A DNA stretch of 64,000 nucleotides from Candidatus Latescibacterota bacterium (lineage in GTDB: Bacteria; Latescibacterota; UBA2968). The notes under the pieces were generated by a model. It saw only the letters and a program-made list of their open reading frames with translations. It did no database searches and was not told the origin of the DNA. Shown here piece after piece: positions 1 through 10,504 of this stretch. The stretch's first letter is position 1. Every line of letters begins with the position of its first letter. Location of the stretch: the NCBI GenBank assembly GCA_965208125.1, contig OZ242320.1, forward strand, positions 4,736,001 through 4,800,000. The letters are read 5' to 3'. The position numbers were made by a program, and so were the translations under genes.

Positions 1-1
1 C

Positions 2-898
2 TCCCTTGGACTGGGGGTTCAGCAGGTGACTTTCGGATTAAATTATCTGTTTGATATTCCCGCGAATAATACCACTATGGTGGTGCTGATTGTTGCGATC
101 ACGTCCATCGCGCTCATATCGGTGCTGACGGGTATTAATGTCGGTATTAAGCGTTTGAGTCAGTTCAATATCATTATCGCGTTTTTGTTGTTATTGACTG
201 TTATCTCGCTCGGTCCAACACTCTACATTTTTCGCAGTATCTTCGCTGGTCTCGGCAGTTATTTCGCGCAGGTTGTACCGCTCAGCAATTGGATTGGACG
301 AGAGGATGTCGCCTTCGTGCGAGACTGGACGACTTTCTACTGGGCATGGTGGTTTGCCTGGGCACCGTTTGTCGGTACGTTCATCGCCCGCATTTCAAAG
401 GGGCGCACAGTGCGCGAATTTGTCGTTTCTGTGCTTCTGCTGCCAACGCTTTTATGCCTGTTGTGGTTTGGCACTTTTAGCGGTACGGCATTCCACCAGT
501 ACATCGTTGATGGCTATACCGGTGTAACAGAAAATGTCGAGGCGTGGAAGCTCGAAATCGCATTGTTCAAAATGTTTGACAAATTGCCGATGGCGACACT
601 GCTTTCATCTGTGGCGATGCTTCTGACCGTCGTGTTTTTCGTTACTTCGTCGGACTCCGGATCGTTGATTCTCGATACTATCGCAGCGGGCGGCAAGGTT
701 GATGCGCCAGTCGCGCAACGCGTTTTCTGGTGTACTATTGAGGGATTAGTCGCCATAGCGCTTCTGCTGGGCGGAGGTTTGAGTGCGTTGCAAGCTGCCT
801 CGCTCACTACTGGTTTTCCATTTGCTATAGTGCTATTGGGAATGGCTGTGTGCGTTTGGATGGGGCTTCGCAGCGAAGTGCGCGAATCGCGCGAATGA
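2..898 (+). CDS. BCCT family (betaine/carnitine/choline) transporter, 5'-truncated by window edge
   Basis: Frame open from position 2 (SLGLGVQQV...); signature WTTFYWAWWFAWAPFVGTFIARISKGRTVREF and FFVTSSDSG. Confidence 0.93.
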   Translation, partial: SLGLGVQQVTFGLNYLFDIPANNTTMVVLIVAITSIALISVLTGINVGIKRLSQFNIIIAFLLLLTVISLGPTLYIFRSIFAGLGSYFAQVVPLSNWIGREDVAFVRDWTTFYWAWWFAWAPFVGTFIARISKGRTVREFVVSVLLLPTLLCLLWFGTFSGTAFHQYIVDGYTGVTENVEAWKLEIALFKMFDKLPMATLLSSVAMLLTVVFFVTSSDSGSLILDTIAAGGKVDAPVAQRVFWCTIEGLVAIALLLGGGLSALQAASLTTGFPFAIVLLGMAVCVWMGLRSEVRESRE

Positions 899-1043
899 GA
901 GTCCTAAACAGCTCAACATTTCCGGACAAGAATTTGACATTGGGAGAGTTCCAACATATTTTTTAGGGGAATTTAAAAGAGTTCCTGCCCCCAAAAACTC
1001 CGAAGTATTGCGGTACAGTTGAAATAACAGAAAGGGAGGACCA

Positions 1044-4000
1044 ATGGTATTTTTGAGCAGATTTATTCCGATTCTGGTATGTGTGGGATTGCTTTCTGGC
1101 GTGGTACAGGCGCAATCTGTTGGAACTGTTACCGGCACAGTGACCGATGCTGCAAGCGGCGAGAGATTAGAAGTGGTACAGGTCTATATTCCGACTTTGA
1201 AACTGAGCGCAGTGTCGGACGCGCAAGGCCGTTTTACCATCCCAAATGTGCCTTCTGGCACGCACGAACTGAGGGCTGACTTGATTGGTTATGCGAGCGC
1301 GACAGCGGTTATTACTGTGACGGCTGGAGAAACAGTAACGGTTGCGTTGCAGATAAATCCCTCCGCGCTTTATCTGGATGAAGTGGTGGTGACGGGTACG
1401 GCATTTAAGGAGGCGCCCATCAGCATGACGTATGCGGTCGCTGTGGTTGGGCGAGAGAAGATGGCAGAGCAAGGGTCTCCGCAGGCGGTTGATTTTTTCA
1501 AGAATCTGGGTGCGAGCCACGGTGTGATCGGCGAGCGGAGTAGTTGGTACAATGCAGGCCAGGCTGCCACGCTTACAGAGAGCATTGCCAATGTGAACCT
1601 GCGTGGACTGGGAGCTTCGCGGACGCTGGTTTTGATTAACAGTCGCCGTCAGACTTATGTTCCGGCGCGCTTGATCGGTGGGCGCTTTGTCGATGTAAAT
1701 GTTATTCCCTCTATCGCCCTTGACCGGATTGAGGTGCTCAAGGAGGGAGCCTCGGCTATCTATGGATCGGATGCAGTGGCTGGCGTTGCCAATTTTTTGA
1801 CCCGATCCGATTTTGAGGGTTTTGAAATCTCAGGTGCCTACGAGCATTTTGTCGGTGCTGGCGATACAAATATAGGCGCGATATGGGGTAAAAAACTCGC
1901 CGATGGCACTCATGCGGTTATTTCTGCGGAATGGATGGGACGCCAGGAGCTACCATCTAAGGATAGGGATTACCTGTTGCAGCCGTGGCACGGTGGCGGG
2001 CAACGCCTCGGATGGTCGAGTTTGGGGAACCCCGGCACCTTTGCCATTGGTGCTCCCGCTCCGTGGACCGCTGCCATCCACGCCCCCCGATGTGAGGAAT
2101 TTGGCGGTTTTCGGGAATCCTGGACATGCCGCTTCCGCTATCAGCAGTATGAGAATCTGGTCGAGAAAATGAGCCATATCCGTGTTTTTTCTGAGCTCAA
2201 TGGCACTCTGGACAATGGTATGGATTATCACGTGGAGTACCTGTGGGCCGAGGCCGAGATCCCCAATTGGTACACGACGCCTTCGTATCCGCCGTTCCCA
2301 CTGACAGACACGAGTATTATGGAAGTCGCGCCCGATCATCCGGGGCGGCAGGCATTTTGCGAGGACTACGGTGCAAATCCCGGCGATCTGTATTACGACG
2401 CCTGCCATGGCGGCGAGAACTGGTATTTCAATGGGCGGCCATTCGGAAACTCGGGGCCAGGGCGCACGTTGAGTCGTCAATCGAATACTATGCGCATGGC
2501 GGCTTCGGCAAATGGCGATTTTAAGGCGTTCGGCGGTCGAGATGCCCATTTTGACGCGGGTCTCTCTTATTCGCGCACATCGGGCAATTACAATTTGCCG
2601 GGGGTGTACATTGAGCGGTTATTCCTCGGCTTCCGCGGTTTTGGGGGACCAGATTGCGGCGTTGGCGTGGAGGCAGATCCGACGTCTCTTGCGGGGATGC
2701 GACTCGGACGGATCTACGATCAGGTAGCAGGACAGGGCAACTGTCATTACTACAACCCCTTCGGCAATGCCATCGAGTTCACGGATCAATATGGCTCGAA
2801 TTTTGAGAACTCGCCAAATCCCGATTACCGTCCCGATCTTGCGAATAGTCCCGAATTGCGGGAGTGGCTCGCCAATCAGGAAGTTGATCTACAGAGCACG
2901 GCGGATATGCTCGTTGCCGATGCGACGCTGACGGGCACGTGGACAGAGAATGTCTGGCTCAATGCGAGTTATGCAGCCGGGTATCAGTTCCGAAAGCTCA
3001 GTGCGACTGGCGATCCAAACGATCCGGGCGATGTGACCATCAATCCCTGTCCGGTTCCGGGGGATAAGGGTTGCTCAGAGGAAGATAAGTTCGGTCCCTA
3101 TGCGTTCACGAATGTGAACCGGCCGTACTCCGAAGACCAGACGGTACATCGCTTTTTTGGCGAAATACCTCTGAGCCTGGGAGAGCGCGTTGATGTGCAA
3201 CTCGCCGCGAACTACGAGTTCCACGATGTGGCGAGCAGTTTCGACCCCAAGGTCGGCTGGCGCGTGCAGCTTTTGGAATCCCCGACCCATTCTCTGTTTA
3301 TGCGAGGCTCGGTGCAGACGACATTTCGCACGCCATCGCTGGATGATGTAAATGAAAGTCCGTTATCGACGCTCGAGTGGATTAACCAGACGGGGGCGTA
3401 TCAGACGGTCGATAGAATCGGAAGCAAGGACCTCAAACCCGAACAGGCATTTACCTATAATGCGGGTCTCGCGCTGGTCACAGAGGCCGGAGCAGAAGCG
3501 ACTTTTGACTATTGGAGCTACGATTTTAGCGATGTCATAGGCGCTATGCCCTACGGTGCCATTACCGGCCTTTACGCATCCGAAGATCAGCGCGTGCGGG
3601 ATGCGGTGAAGCGGTTTATTGTCTGTCCGGATGGAGTGGGCACGGGTACGTGCGCGGCCTCAGCACTCGAGCGGGTGCGGGTTGATATTGTCAATTGGCC
3701 GGGGGTCAAGACTTCGGGAATCGATGTACATCTGGGAACGCGGATTCCTGCGGGTACAGGACAATTCGCGGCGAGCCTGGATGGCACTTATACGCTGGCT
3801 TATGAGACAAAGGCTTTGATGCTGGGCGGTAGCGATCTGGTGCTCCAGGAGGCGGCAGACGCCGCGGGGTACTTGAATTTTGGCAATCCGATTGCGACTT
3901 CGCTTCCCAAGTTGAAAGGGCGAGTATCGGCGGGCTATCACTGGAAAACCTACAGCCTTGTGAGTTATCTGAACTATATTTCGTCTTATGAAGACCGCGG

Positions 4001-4244
4001 CTCAATGGGCTCCGATAACCCGAGTATTAAAAATTTATTCGGTACTATTGACGCGTTTGTCACATGGGATGTGAGTTTTCTGTGGAACGTGTCCAGAGAT
4101 GTAAATATCGCGTTCTCTGGAATGAATCTGCTCGGCACCAGGCCACCGCTGGTGAATATCGAGCAAGCTTATGATGGCTTCACGCACGACCCCAAAGAGC
4201 GACGGTTGAAGCTGGGCCTCACATATCAATTCGGGGGTTTATAA
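1044..4244 (+). CDS. TonB-dependent outer-membrane receptor with N-terminal carboxypeptidase-regulatory-like domain
   Basis: Signal peptide; GTVTGTVTDA..G domain; LDEVVVTG; plug motifs NLRGLGASRTLVLINSRR and IEVLKEGASAIYGSDAVAGVANF; C-terminal LTYQF; RBS GGGAGG. Confidence 0.93.
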   Translation: MVFLSRFIPILVCVGLLSGVVQAQSVGTVTGTVTDAASGERLEVVQVYIPTLKLSAVSDAQGRFTIPNVPSGTHELRADLIGYASATAVITVTAGETVTVALQINPSALYLDEVVVTGTAFKEAPISMTYAVAVVGREKMAEQGSPQAVDFFKNLGASHGVIGERSSWYNAGQAATLTESIANVNLRGLGASRTLVLINSRRQTYVPARLIGGRFVDVNVIPSIALDRIEVLKEGASAIYGSDAVAGVANFLTRSDFEGFEISGAYEHFVGAGDTNIGAIWGKKLADGTHAVISAEWMGRQELPSKDRDYLLQPWHGGGQRLGWSSLGNPGTFAIGAPAPWTAAIHAPRCEEFGGFRESWTCRFRYQQYENLVEKMSHIRVFSELNGTLDNGMDYHVEYLWAEAEIPNWYTTPSYPPFPLTDTSIMEVAPDHPGRQAFCEDYGANPGDLYYDACHGGENWYFNGRPFGNSGPGRTLSRQSNTMRMAASANGDFKAFGGRDAHFDAGLSYSRTSGNYNLPGVYIERLFLGFRGFGGPDCGVGVEADPTSLAGMRLGRIYDQVAGQGNCHYYNPFGNAIEFTDQYGSNFENSPNPDYRPDLANSPELREWLANQEVDLQSTADMLVADATLTGTWTENVWLNASYAAGYQFRKLSATGDPNDPGDVTINPCPVPGDKGCSEEDKFGPYAFTNVNRPYSEDQTVHRFFGEIPLSLGERVDVQLAANYEFHDVASSFDPKVGWRVQLLESPTHSLFMRGSVQTTFRTPSLDDVNESPLSTLEWINQTGAYQTVDRIGSKDLKPEQAFTYNAGLALVTEAGAEATFDYWSYDFSDVIGAMPYGAITGLYASEDQRVRDAVKRFIVCPDGVGTGTCAASALERVRVDIVNWPGVKTSGIDVHLGTRIPAGTGQFAASLDGTYTLAYETKALMLGGSDLVLQEAADAAGYLNFGNPIATSLPKLKGRVSAGYHWKTYSLVSYLNYISSYEDRGSMGSDNPSIKNLFGTIDAFVTWDVSFLWNVSRDVNIAFSGMNLLGTRPPLVNIEQAYDGFTHDPKERRLKLGLTYQFGGL

Positions 4245-4273
4245 TATCCGAGAGGCATCCTCGAGTACAATAC

Positions 4274-4307
4274 AAAAGCCCGTCAGGTCGTGATGACGGG
4301 CTTTTTT
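4274..4307. terminator. Bidirectional intrinsic terminator
   Basis: AAAAGCCCGTCA-loop-TGACGGGCTTTTTT between convergent genes. Confidence 0.85.
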
Positions 4308-4337
4308 GTTTATATATACACAACATGTGAGGTGATT

Positions 4338-5594
4338 TCACGCCTCTTGTGTTTTTTTTCGCACGGGCGAATTTTTCGATTCGCTGTACAATTTGTCAAA
4401 TGCTTCTGTGCCGTCGTCTTCAATTACATCGAGTGATGAGTCGGGTTCTGATATGGGCTGAGAATCTTCGGGATAGACGTGGTGCATGTCCTGTTTCGTG
4501 CAGGCATAATAGGTGACTTCACCGCTTTTGCGGCGGTACGCGTATAGGTGGCGAGGGGGATCGACCCAGGTATAGTCTGCGGTGTATTGTTCTATTGCTG
4601 CAGGGTCAATTTCTACGCCGAGACCAGGCGTTTCAGTGACGCAGTAAAAGCCGCCTCGAACTTCAATCGCGGGTTTTATAAGTTGATGCTCCCAGATGTT
4701 CATACACGTAATGGCCGGCCATTTGGCCTGGGGAAGGACCGCACCCAAATGCGCTGCCCAGGCTGTTGTGATGCCAGAGCCGACGAGTTGCAGCCAGAAG
4801 GGCTTGTTCCATTGCTCGCATACGGATGCTTGTTTGAGAAGGCGCGAAGCCCCTGCACAGATGACAAAACCATCGGTGACATCTTCTTTCAGGGTCGTTT
4901 CAATGGGCGGGTTGTTGTAGTGCATGGCAATGGGCCGCGCAATCAAATTTCTAATTTGCTTGTTGCCCGCCACGTCGTTTTGCGGAATCGGCGTTTCGAT
5001 CATCGCCACTTCGGGATAGGCTTCCAATTCTCTAAGATGCGGGATTGCATTGGCGGAATTGGCGAGGGTGCCGTTGTAGTCGAGGTCGAGGTGAAAGCCG
5101 GGTGGAACTACTTTTTGAACGGCCTGAATAGCCGCGTGCAGGTCAAACCAGGGGCGGGCTTTTAGTTTTGAACTGGTATATCCCGCCTGGGCGGCCTGCC
5201 GGCACTCTTCTGCCCATCCTTCAGGCGGCATGTCCATATTCCACCAGGATATGGGACACCAGTCGCGTACTTTTGTGCCCAGCAGACGGTATATGGGTAC
5301 GCCTTGCGCTTTTGCTATGGCATCAAACAAGGCCATCTGAACGCCAGCACCGAGACTGTCGTCCCACATCAATTCGGCGGCGGGTCTGCCGACGATTCTG
5401 TCTTCGATATCGCTCGGTACTTTGGCCCAGGTGTAGTTGGGTATGGTTTCTCCCCATCCCTCAATGCCATTTTCGAGCGTGATATGACAAATCTGGTGTA
5501 TCCGCCAGTGGGGAAGCCAGTAGCCGAGGTGTTTCTGGCTGTGTGGCGTGAAGGGGACGTCGAGATTGATGAGTTCAATGGTTTTGATTTTCAT
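4338..5594 (-). CDS. Mandelate racemase/muconate lactonizing enzyme (enolase superfamily)
   Basis: GWGE, MALFDAIAKAQGVPIYRLLG, KLK, LDYN, IETP, PGLGVEID motifs. Confidence 0.88.
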   Translation of the reverse strand: MKIKTIELINLDVPFTPHSQKHLGYWLPHWRIHQICHITLENGIEGWGETIPNYTWAKVPSDIEDRIVGRPAAELMWDDSLGAGVQMALFDAIAKAQGVPIYRLLGTKVRDWCPISWWNMDMPPEGWAEECRQAAQAGYTSSKLKARPWFDLHAAIQAVQKVVPPGFHLDLDYNGTLANSANAIPHLRELEAYPEVAMIETPIPQNDVAGNKQIRNLIARPIAMHYNNPPIETTLKEDVTDGFVICAGASRLLKQASVCEQWNKPFWLQLVGSGITTAWAAHLGAVLPQAKWPAITCMNIWEHQLIKPAIEVRGGFYCVTETPGLGVEIDPAAIEQYTADYTWVDPPRHLYAYRRKSGEVTYYACTKQDMHHVYPEDSQPISEPDSSLDVIEDDGTEAFDKLYSESKNSPVRKKTQEA

Positions 5595-5854
5595 GGCTTA
5601 CCTCCTGAAAAGTTGATATAGCGCACGATATGACACCTAAAGCGCGATGTCAAGCAGAACGGCGAGAAAGAAAACGTGCATGGGGTAAAAAGTTGGTTAT
5701 ATTGGGGGCCTAATAAGCGAATCTACGAAGTTCGCACTGATTTTGGGTAGTAGGGTGGGGTTCGTCTATTCGTCTATGAACTGGTCTGAGAAACGACCAG
5801 TTTTACCCCGCTCCGTCTATTCGTCAGGCATTAACAATTTTAAGGAGGCGATGT

Positions 5855-6844
5855 ATGGCAGTGCAGTGTATTCATCTGGGTGTTGGCGGCAGGGGAAAGT
5901 GGCCGGTTGCTATGTTTGCCGAGCGAGATGATGTGGAGAGTGTGGCATTTGTCGATGTTCACGAAGGCAATATGAATGCCGCTATGGAAGTGTCGGGTTT
6001 GCCCGAGTCGCGGTGTTTTAGAACGCTTGAGCAAGCCATGAATAATGTGGAATCGGATTGTGTGATCGTTATCACCCCTCCAGACTCCCACGCGGATATG
6101 ATTTTGGAAGCGGTTAGGGCGGGGAAGCACGTTCTGGTTGAAAAGCCATTTACAAAGACCCTGGCTTCGGCAAAGCATGTTGTGGAGGAGGCCGACCGCA
6201 TGGGGGTCAAAGTGGGGGTGAGTCAAAATGCCAAATACAATGCGGCGACGATGACCCTATCGCGCCACTTGCGGGAAGAGACGTATGGCAAGGCGAGTTT
6301 TGGGCTTTTTACCAAGGTGGGCTGGCGCAGCAAGGGGGTACACCATTCGGGTCACGACGATCATTCCTATTTATGGGAGCGCGGGATTCACGATTTGGAT
6401 ACTATGCGATATATTTTGGGCGCGTTGCCCGTGCGGATGTGGGCACATAGCTTTAATCCGCCATGGAGTCCGTATAAGGGTGGGGCTGGTGTTTCCGGGT
6501 GGGTGGAATTTGATGGGGGAGCGACGGCGACCTATTTTGCGACTTTTGAGCCGCATAAATCGGGTGGCGAAACCCGGGTGGATGTGGATGAAGGCACGCT
6601 TTCTCTTGAGGGTGGCAATCTCGTTTTGACGCGCCGCAAAGCCGATCCCGAAATATTGCCTCTGGACGCTGGTCCTACTTCGACAGATCTGATTGTCAAT
6701 CAATTTGTCGCCTGGATAAATGGCGGTGAAGAACCCGAGTTTTCTGGGCGCAATAATCTGGTGACTATGGCAATGGTTGAGGGGATGGGTATTTCCTCGG
6801 AATCCGGACGGATTGTGTCGCTCAAGGAGTTTGTGAATGTGTGA
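5855..6844 (+). CDS. Gfo/Idh/MocA family oxidoreductase
   Basis: GVGGRG Rossmann motif, GKHVLVEKP, GIHDLD; RBS AAGGAGG. Confidence 0.9.
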   Translation: MAVQCIHLGVGGRGKWPVAMFAERDDVESVAFVDVHEGNMNAAMEVSGLPESRCFRTLEQAMNNVESDCVIVITPPDSHADMILEAVRAGKHVLVEKPFTKTLASAKHVVEEADRMGVKVGVSQNAKYNAATMTLSRHLREETYGKASFGLFTKVGWRSKGVHHSGHDDHSYLWERGIHDLDTMRYILGALPVRMWAHSFNPPWSPYKGGAGVSGWVEFDGGATATYFATFEPHKSGGETRVDVDEGTLSLEGGNLVLTRRKADPEILPLDAGPTSTDLIVNQFVAWINGGEEPEFSGRNNLVTMAMVEGMGISSESGRIVSLKEFVNV

Positions 6845-6877
6845 GCAGGGCGTTGCCATCATGCGGATGAGAGATAC

Positions 6878-7939
6878 ATGAACTATATCGGAAGCAAGTA
6901 TTCTCTGCGTGACTTTCTCGAAGAGGGTATCACAAAAAATGCAAATTCAGATTGTAAGGTGTTCTGCGATGTGTTTGCAGGGACTGGCGTTGTAGGGGCG
7001 CATTTTAAGCAGAAGGGTTTTAAGGTTATCTCTAACGACATTCAGTACTATGCCTATTGCCTCAACCGCGCACTTGTAGGCATTAATCAGGAACCTGCAT
7101 TCGCTGGGGTTCTGGATAACCTGATACCAGCAACACGATTCTGCGATGCAACTGACACTATATTGGAATATCTCAATACCCTGAATGGAAAATCTGGATT
7201 CATCTATCGCAATTATTGTCCGGGTGGGACAGAGGGGACAGAGTTTAAGAGACAGTATTTCTCTAATGAGAATGGCAGGCGGTGTGATGCAATTCGGATG
7301 CAGATTGAGGAGTGGTGGCAGGCGGGCAAGCTGATGGAGGATGAGTACTTTTATCTTTTGGCGAGTTTGATCGATGCAGCGGATCGGGTTGCAAATACGG
7401 CGTCGGTCTATGGTGCGTTTTTGAAGCATATCAAGAAGAGCGCGCTGAAGCCCTTGCAGTTGAAGCGACTTGTCATTGTTGAGAGCGATGAGGAGCACGA
7501 AGTCCACAATGTGAATGGGCAAGAGTTGGTTGAGAGACTGTCTTGCGATGTGTTGTATATGGATCCGCCCTATAATCATCGCCAGTACTGTGCGAATTAC
7601 CATGTGCTGGAGACGATTGCGCGGTACGATGATCCGGATTTAAAAGGCGTGACTGGGCTGCGTCCACAGGACGATCAAAAATCGGATTTCTGTATGAAGA
7701 GACGGGCGTTGCCTGCTTTTGATGAGATGGTTAGAAAGACATCGGCGCAGTATGTATTTCTCAGCTATAATAGCGAGGGGATTATGGGTAAGGATGAGAT
7801 TTTGCAGACGATGGGGCAATATGGGAAGGTGAACCTGGCGACGCGGGATTACCAGCGTTTTCGAGCGGATGTAGATCGAGAGAACCGGGTTTATAAAGCA
7901 GATCAGGTGGAGGAGTATCTGTTCTGTTTGAACAAGTAG
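6878..7939 (+). CDS. N6-adenine DNA methyltransferase (D12 class), M.NlaIII/M.HpyI-like, probably CATG-specific; orphan
   Basis: MNYIGSK start, DVFAGTG (SAM binding), DPPY catalytic motif, ADRVANTASVYGAFLK and FLSYNSEG as recalled for the M.NlaIII/M.HpyI group. Confidence 0.88.
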   Translation: MNYIGSKYSLRDFLEEGITKNANSDCKVFCDVFAGTGVVGAHFKQKGFKVISNDIQYYAYCLNRALVGINQEPAFAGVLDNLIPATRFCDATDTILEYLNTLNGKSGFIYRNYCPGGTEGTEFKRQYFSNENGRRCDAIRMQIEEWWQAGKLMEDEYFYLLASLIDAADRVANTASVYGAFLKHIKKSALKPLQLKRLVIVESDEEHEVHNVNGQELVERLSCDVLYMDPPYNHRQYCANYHVLETIARYDDPDLKGVTGLRPQDDQKSDFCMKRRALPAFDEMVRKTSAQYVFLSYNSEGIMGKDEILQTMGQYGKVNLATRDYQRFRADVDRENRVYKADQVEEYLFCLNK

Positions 7940-7954
7940 TGAGGTACAGGACAG

Positions 7955-9085
7955 TTGATAGATCGGATCACATATATTGCGTTGGTGCTATCCTTCGCTA
8001 CTTACTTTCCATCTCAAATACAGGGTAGAACAATGATTGTTGCAACGCAGAGTTCATCGGAAAAGTCAAAAGACGCAGCCGATTTAGTGGGCGATGGGGT
8101 GGGTGATCAGGAGGAGATTTACACGGCGATTCACGCGCTGCCAGCATCTGGCGGGATGGTGACGCTGATGGAGGGGACGTATGATATTCGCAAGGTGGAG
8201 GGTAAGCTCGGGGGAGTGATTATTGATCGCAGCAATGTGACGATCGTGGGGCAGGGGGCGGCCACGCAGCTGATTCTGGCGCCGGATCAGAATACCAATG
8301 TGATCCGCATTATCGGGAGTGGTGTGGGAAATATTGTGATTCGGGATCTCTGGGTGGATCAGAACCGGGATCAGAACCCGTATAATGGAGCGGAGTTTGT
8401 GAATATTTCGCACGGGCGGTTTGAGTATAACGGCATTAAAGCGTTTTGTGCAGAGCCGGGTGGGTCCTGTCCAGAGCCGACGCACAATATTACGATAGAG
8501 AATTGTACGGTGCTGAACGCGCAGAGGTTGGGCATTATGCTGGATGGTCCCAATATGCGGGTGGTGAATAACCGCCTGGGCAATGCCCATTCCGATGCGG
8601 TGGAGCTTCTGGAGGGTCCGGGCTTTGTGATGGGAAATTTTGTAGAGATTACCGGGCGCACGCATGTGGCGGTGGGTTCTGATCGCGGAAATTCGATCAT
8701 TATGGCAAATAATGTCGTGCATGTGCGAGAGGGGGGCGACCTGGATATTGCTTTTCGGTCCTGGGCAGATTCCGAGCGGCATGTGATTTCCAATAATATT
8801 GTTATGGTGGATAAAGGCGGAAAGCTGGGGCTGGCGATGGATGTGCGTGGGTTTGATACGTCTATTACGGGAAATGTGATTCGGGGGCGGGACGAGGCGG
8901 AGCGCCTACCGCTGTGGCTTACCGGCGCTGGTATGGCGGTTACTGGCAATCATTTTCAGAATGTGGAACTAATGGTGAATGACCAGACCGGCACGAATCG
9001 CCCGATTTTGATTCAGGGTAATGTGATGGAAAATTCTGGGGTCTCGCATGAAGTGGGAAACCTGATTCGCCCGGAGGGAGATTAA
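7955..9085 (+). CDS. Secreted right-handed parallel beta-helix protein (pectin-lyase-like fold)
   Basis: DQEEIYTAIHALPASGGMVTLMEGTY opening and repeated NITIENC/ISNNIV/ITGNVI/VTGNHF coils; start uncertain. Confidence 0.75.
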   Translation: MIDRITYIALVLSFATYFPSQIQGRTMIVATQSSSEKSKDAADLVGDGVGDQEEIYTAIHALPASGGMVTLMEGTYDIRKVEGKLGGVIIDRSNVTIVGQGAATQLILAPDQNTNVIRIIGSGVGNIVIRDLWVDQNRDQNPYNGAEFVNISHGRFEYNGIKAFCAEPGGSCPEPTHNITIENCTVLNAQRLGIMLDGPNMRVVNNRLGNAHSDAVELLEGPGFVMGNFVEITGRTHVAVGSDRGNSIIMANNVVHVREGGDLDIAFRSWADSERHVISNNIVMVDKGGKLGLAMDVRGFDTSITGNVIRGRDEAERLPLWLTGAGMAVTGNHFQNVELMVNDQTGTNRPILIQGNVMENSGVSHEVGNLIRPEGD

Positions 9086-9087
9086 GC

Positions 9088-9522
9088 ATGGGAGAAAACG
9101 AGCTATCGTTTGATCACATCCATATTATCAGCGAAGATCCGCGAGCTTCGGCAGCGTGGTACGTCCATAAACTGGGCGCGACGATCAATAGCGAGATCGA
9201 GCTTCGCGCTGCGCCGCAGATCAAGGTGAGTCTGGGAGGGGCGACGCTTCTGATCCGCGGAAGACGCTCCGGTGAAGATCCGTCCAGGCCCGCGCCAATG
9301 CGAGATTTCGAGAATTATTCGAGCCATAATGAATACGGTACCGATCATTTCGGTTTCACATATCGAGGCGACTTGCGGGCGTATTGCGAAGTGTTGCGCG
9401 GTAGGGGGGTGGAGTTCGTGGTTGAGCCCTGGGAATTTATACCCGGCAGCGGTGGTGTGATATGTTATATCGCCGCACCCGATGGCGTTAGTATTGAGCT
9501 TGTTCAGGCGAGGGTGCGTTGA
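9088..9522 (+). CDS. VOC/glyoxalase family protein
   Basis: FDHIHI, DHFGF, APDGVSIELVQ. Confidence 0.88.
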   Translation: MGENELSFDHIHIISEDPRASAAWYVHKLGATINSEIELRAAPQIKVSLGGATLLIRGRRSGEDPSRPAPMRDFENYSSHNEYGTDHFGFTYRGDLRAYCEVLRGRGVEFVVEPWEFIPGSGGVICYIAAPDGVSIELVQARVR

Positions 9523-9607
9523 CTGGTACGTGATTCTGCATTATGTTTAAGATAGGTTATGAAACCCATTATTGATTATTTATGTCGGATAATAGAGGAG
9601 ATTTGAC

Positions 9608-10504
9608 ATGTCAGAAAAAAACTATCGCGTGGCTCCGCCGGGGTTTTCGCGTGATCAGTGGGACGAATTTCAAGAGGATGGCATGCTCGTTGTGGAAGAC
9701 GCGCTGACAGATGAGGAATGCGATCGCTATATCGAGATGGTTGATGCCGCGGCTGCCCGCAGTGAAAAATACGATCCCGGTAAGTTTTTTGGTCCAAACA
9801 ATATCGTGGAGCGGTATCCCGAATTTGCCGAGTTGATCGATCATCCCCGGCATATCGGATTTATGCACGATGTGTATGGCGAATTGTTAAAGCTCCATAT
9901 TTCTCAATTTTTCTTACGTCCTCGTGATACCAGTCGCAACAAATGGCATCCCGATGGCGCGCGCGCTTTGCCTTATGGCGTTTTTTCACCGGTCTTGCCC
10001 ATGCAAATCAAAGTGGCTTATTGGCTGACCGATCTTCCAGAGCCGGATATGGGGAATTTTGTCTATATGCCCGGCAGCCATAAGGGGCAGTATTTTGATT
10101 TTTACGATACCCATGATGAAGTTCCCGGCGAAAAAGCAATTTGTCCAAAGCGCGGCACGATGACATTTATGCACTGCAATACCTGGCATCGCGTGGCACC
10201 GAATAATACGGATGTCGTAAGAAAGAATATCTTTTTGGCTTATTGTCCATCTTGGGTTTGCGAAGCAGACCGGCACCAATGCGATCCCGATTGGCTCGCT
10301 ACACTGAACCGCGAACAGCGCATTATTATGCGTAGCTACAATAGTGGCTATGCGAGAACCAAGCCCGCAGCCAGTGAATTTCCGCTCTTTCTGGATCGGG
10401 AAACGGGTTCTGATCGAGACTATGGCGTTTGGCCCGATCACGTTGAGTTGCATCGGCGCAAACGCATGACCACAGTTGAAAAATTTGAGTTGGCATCCGC
10501 TTGA
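9608..10504 (+). CDS. Phytanoyl-CoA dioxygenase (PhyH) family Fe(II)/2OG dioxygenase
   Basis: WHPD, MPGSHK, TWHR motifs; RBS GAGGAG. Confidence 0.88.
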   Translation: MSEKNYRVAPPGFSRDQWDEFQEDGMLVVEDALTDEECDRYIEMVDAAAARSEKYDPGKFFGPNNIVERYPEFAELIDHPRHIGFMHDVYGELLKLHISQFFLRPRDTSRNKWHPDGARALPYGVFSPVLPMQIKVAYWLTDLPEPDMGNFVYMPGSHKGQYFDFYDTHDEVPGEKAICPKRGTMTFMHCNTWHRVAPNNTDVVRKNIFLAYCPSWVCEADRHQCDPDWLATLNREQRIIMRSYNSGYARTKPAASEFPLFLDRETGSDRDYGVWPDHVELHRRKRMTTVEKFELASA

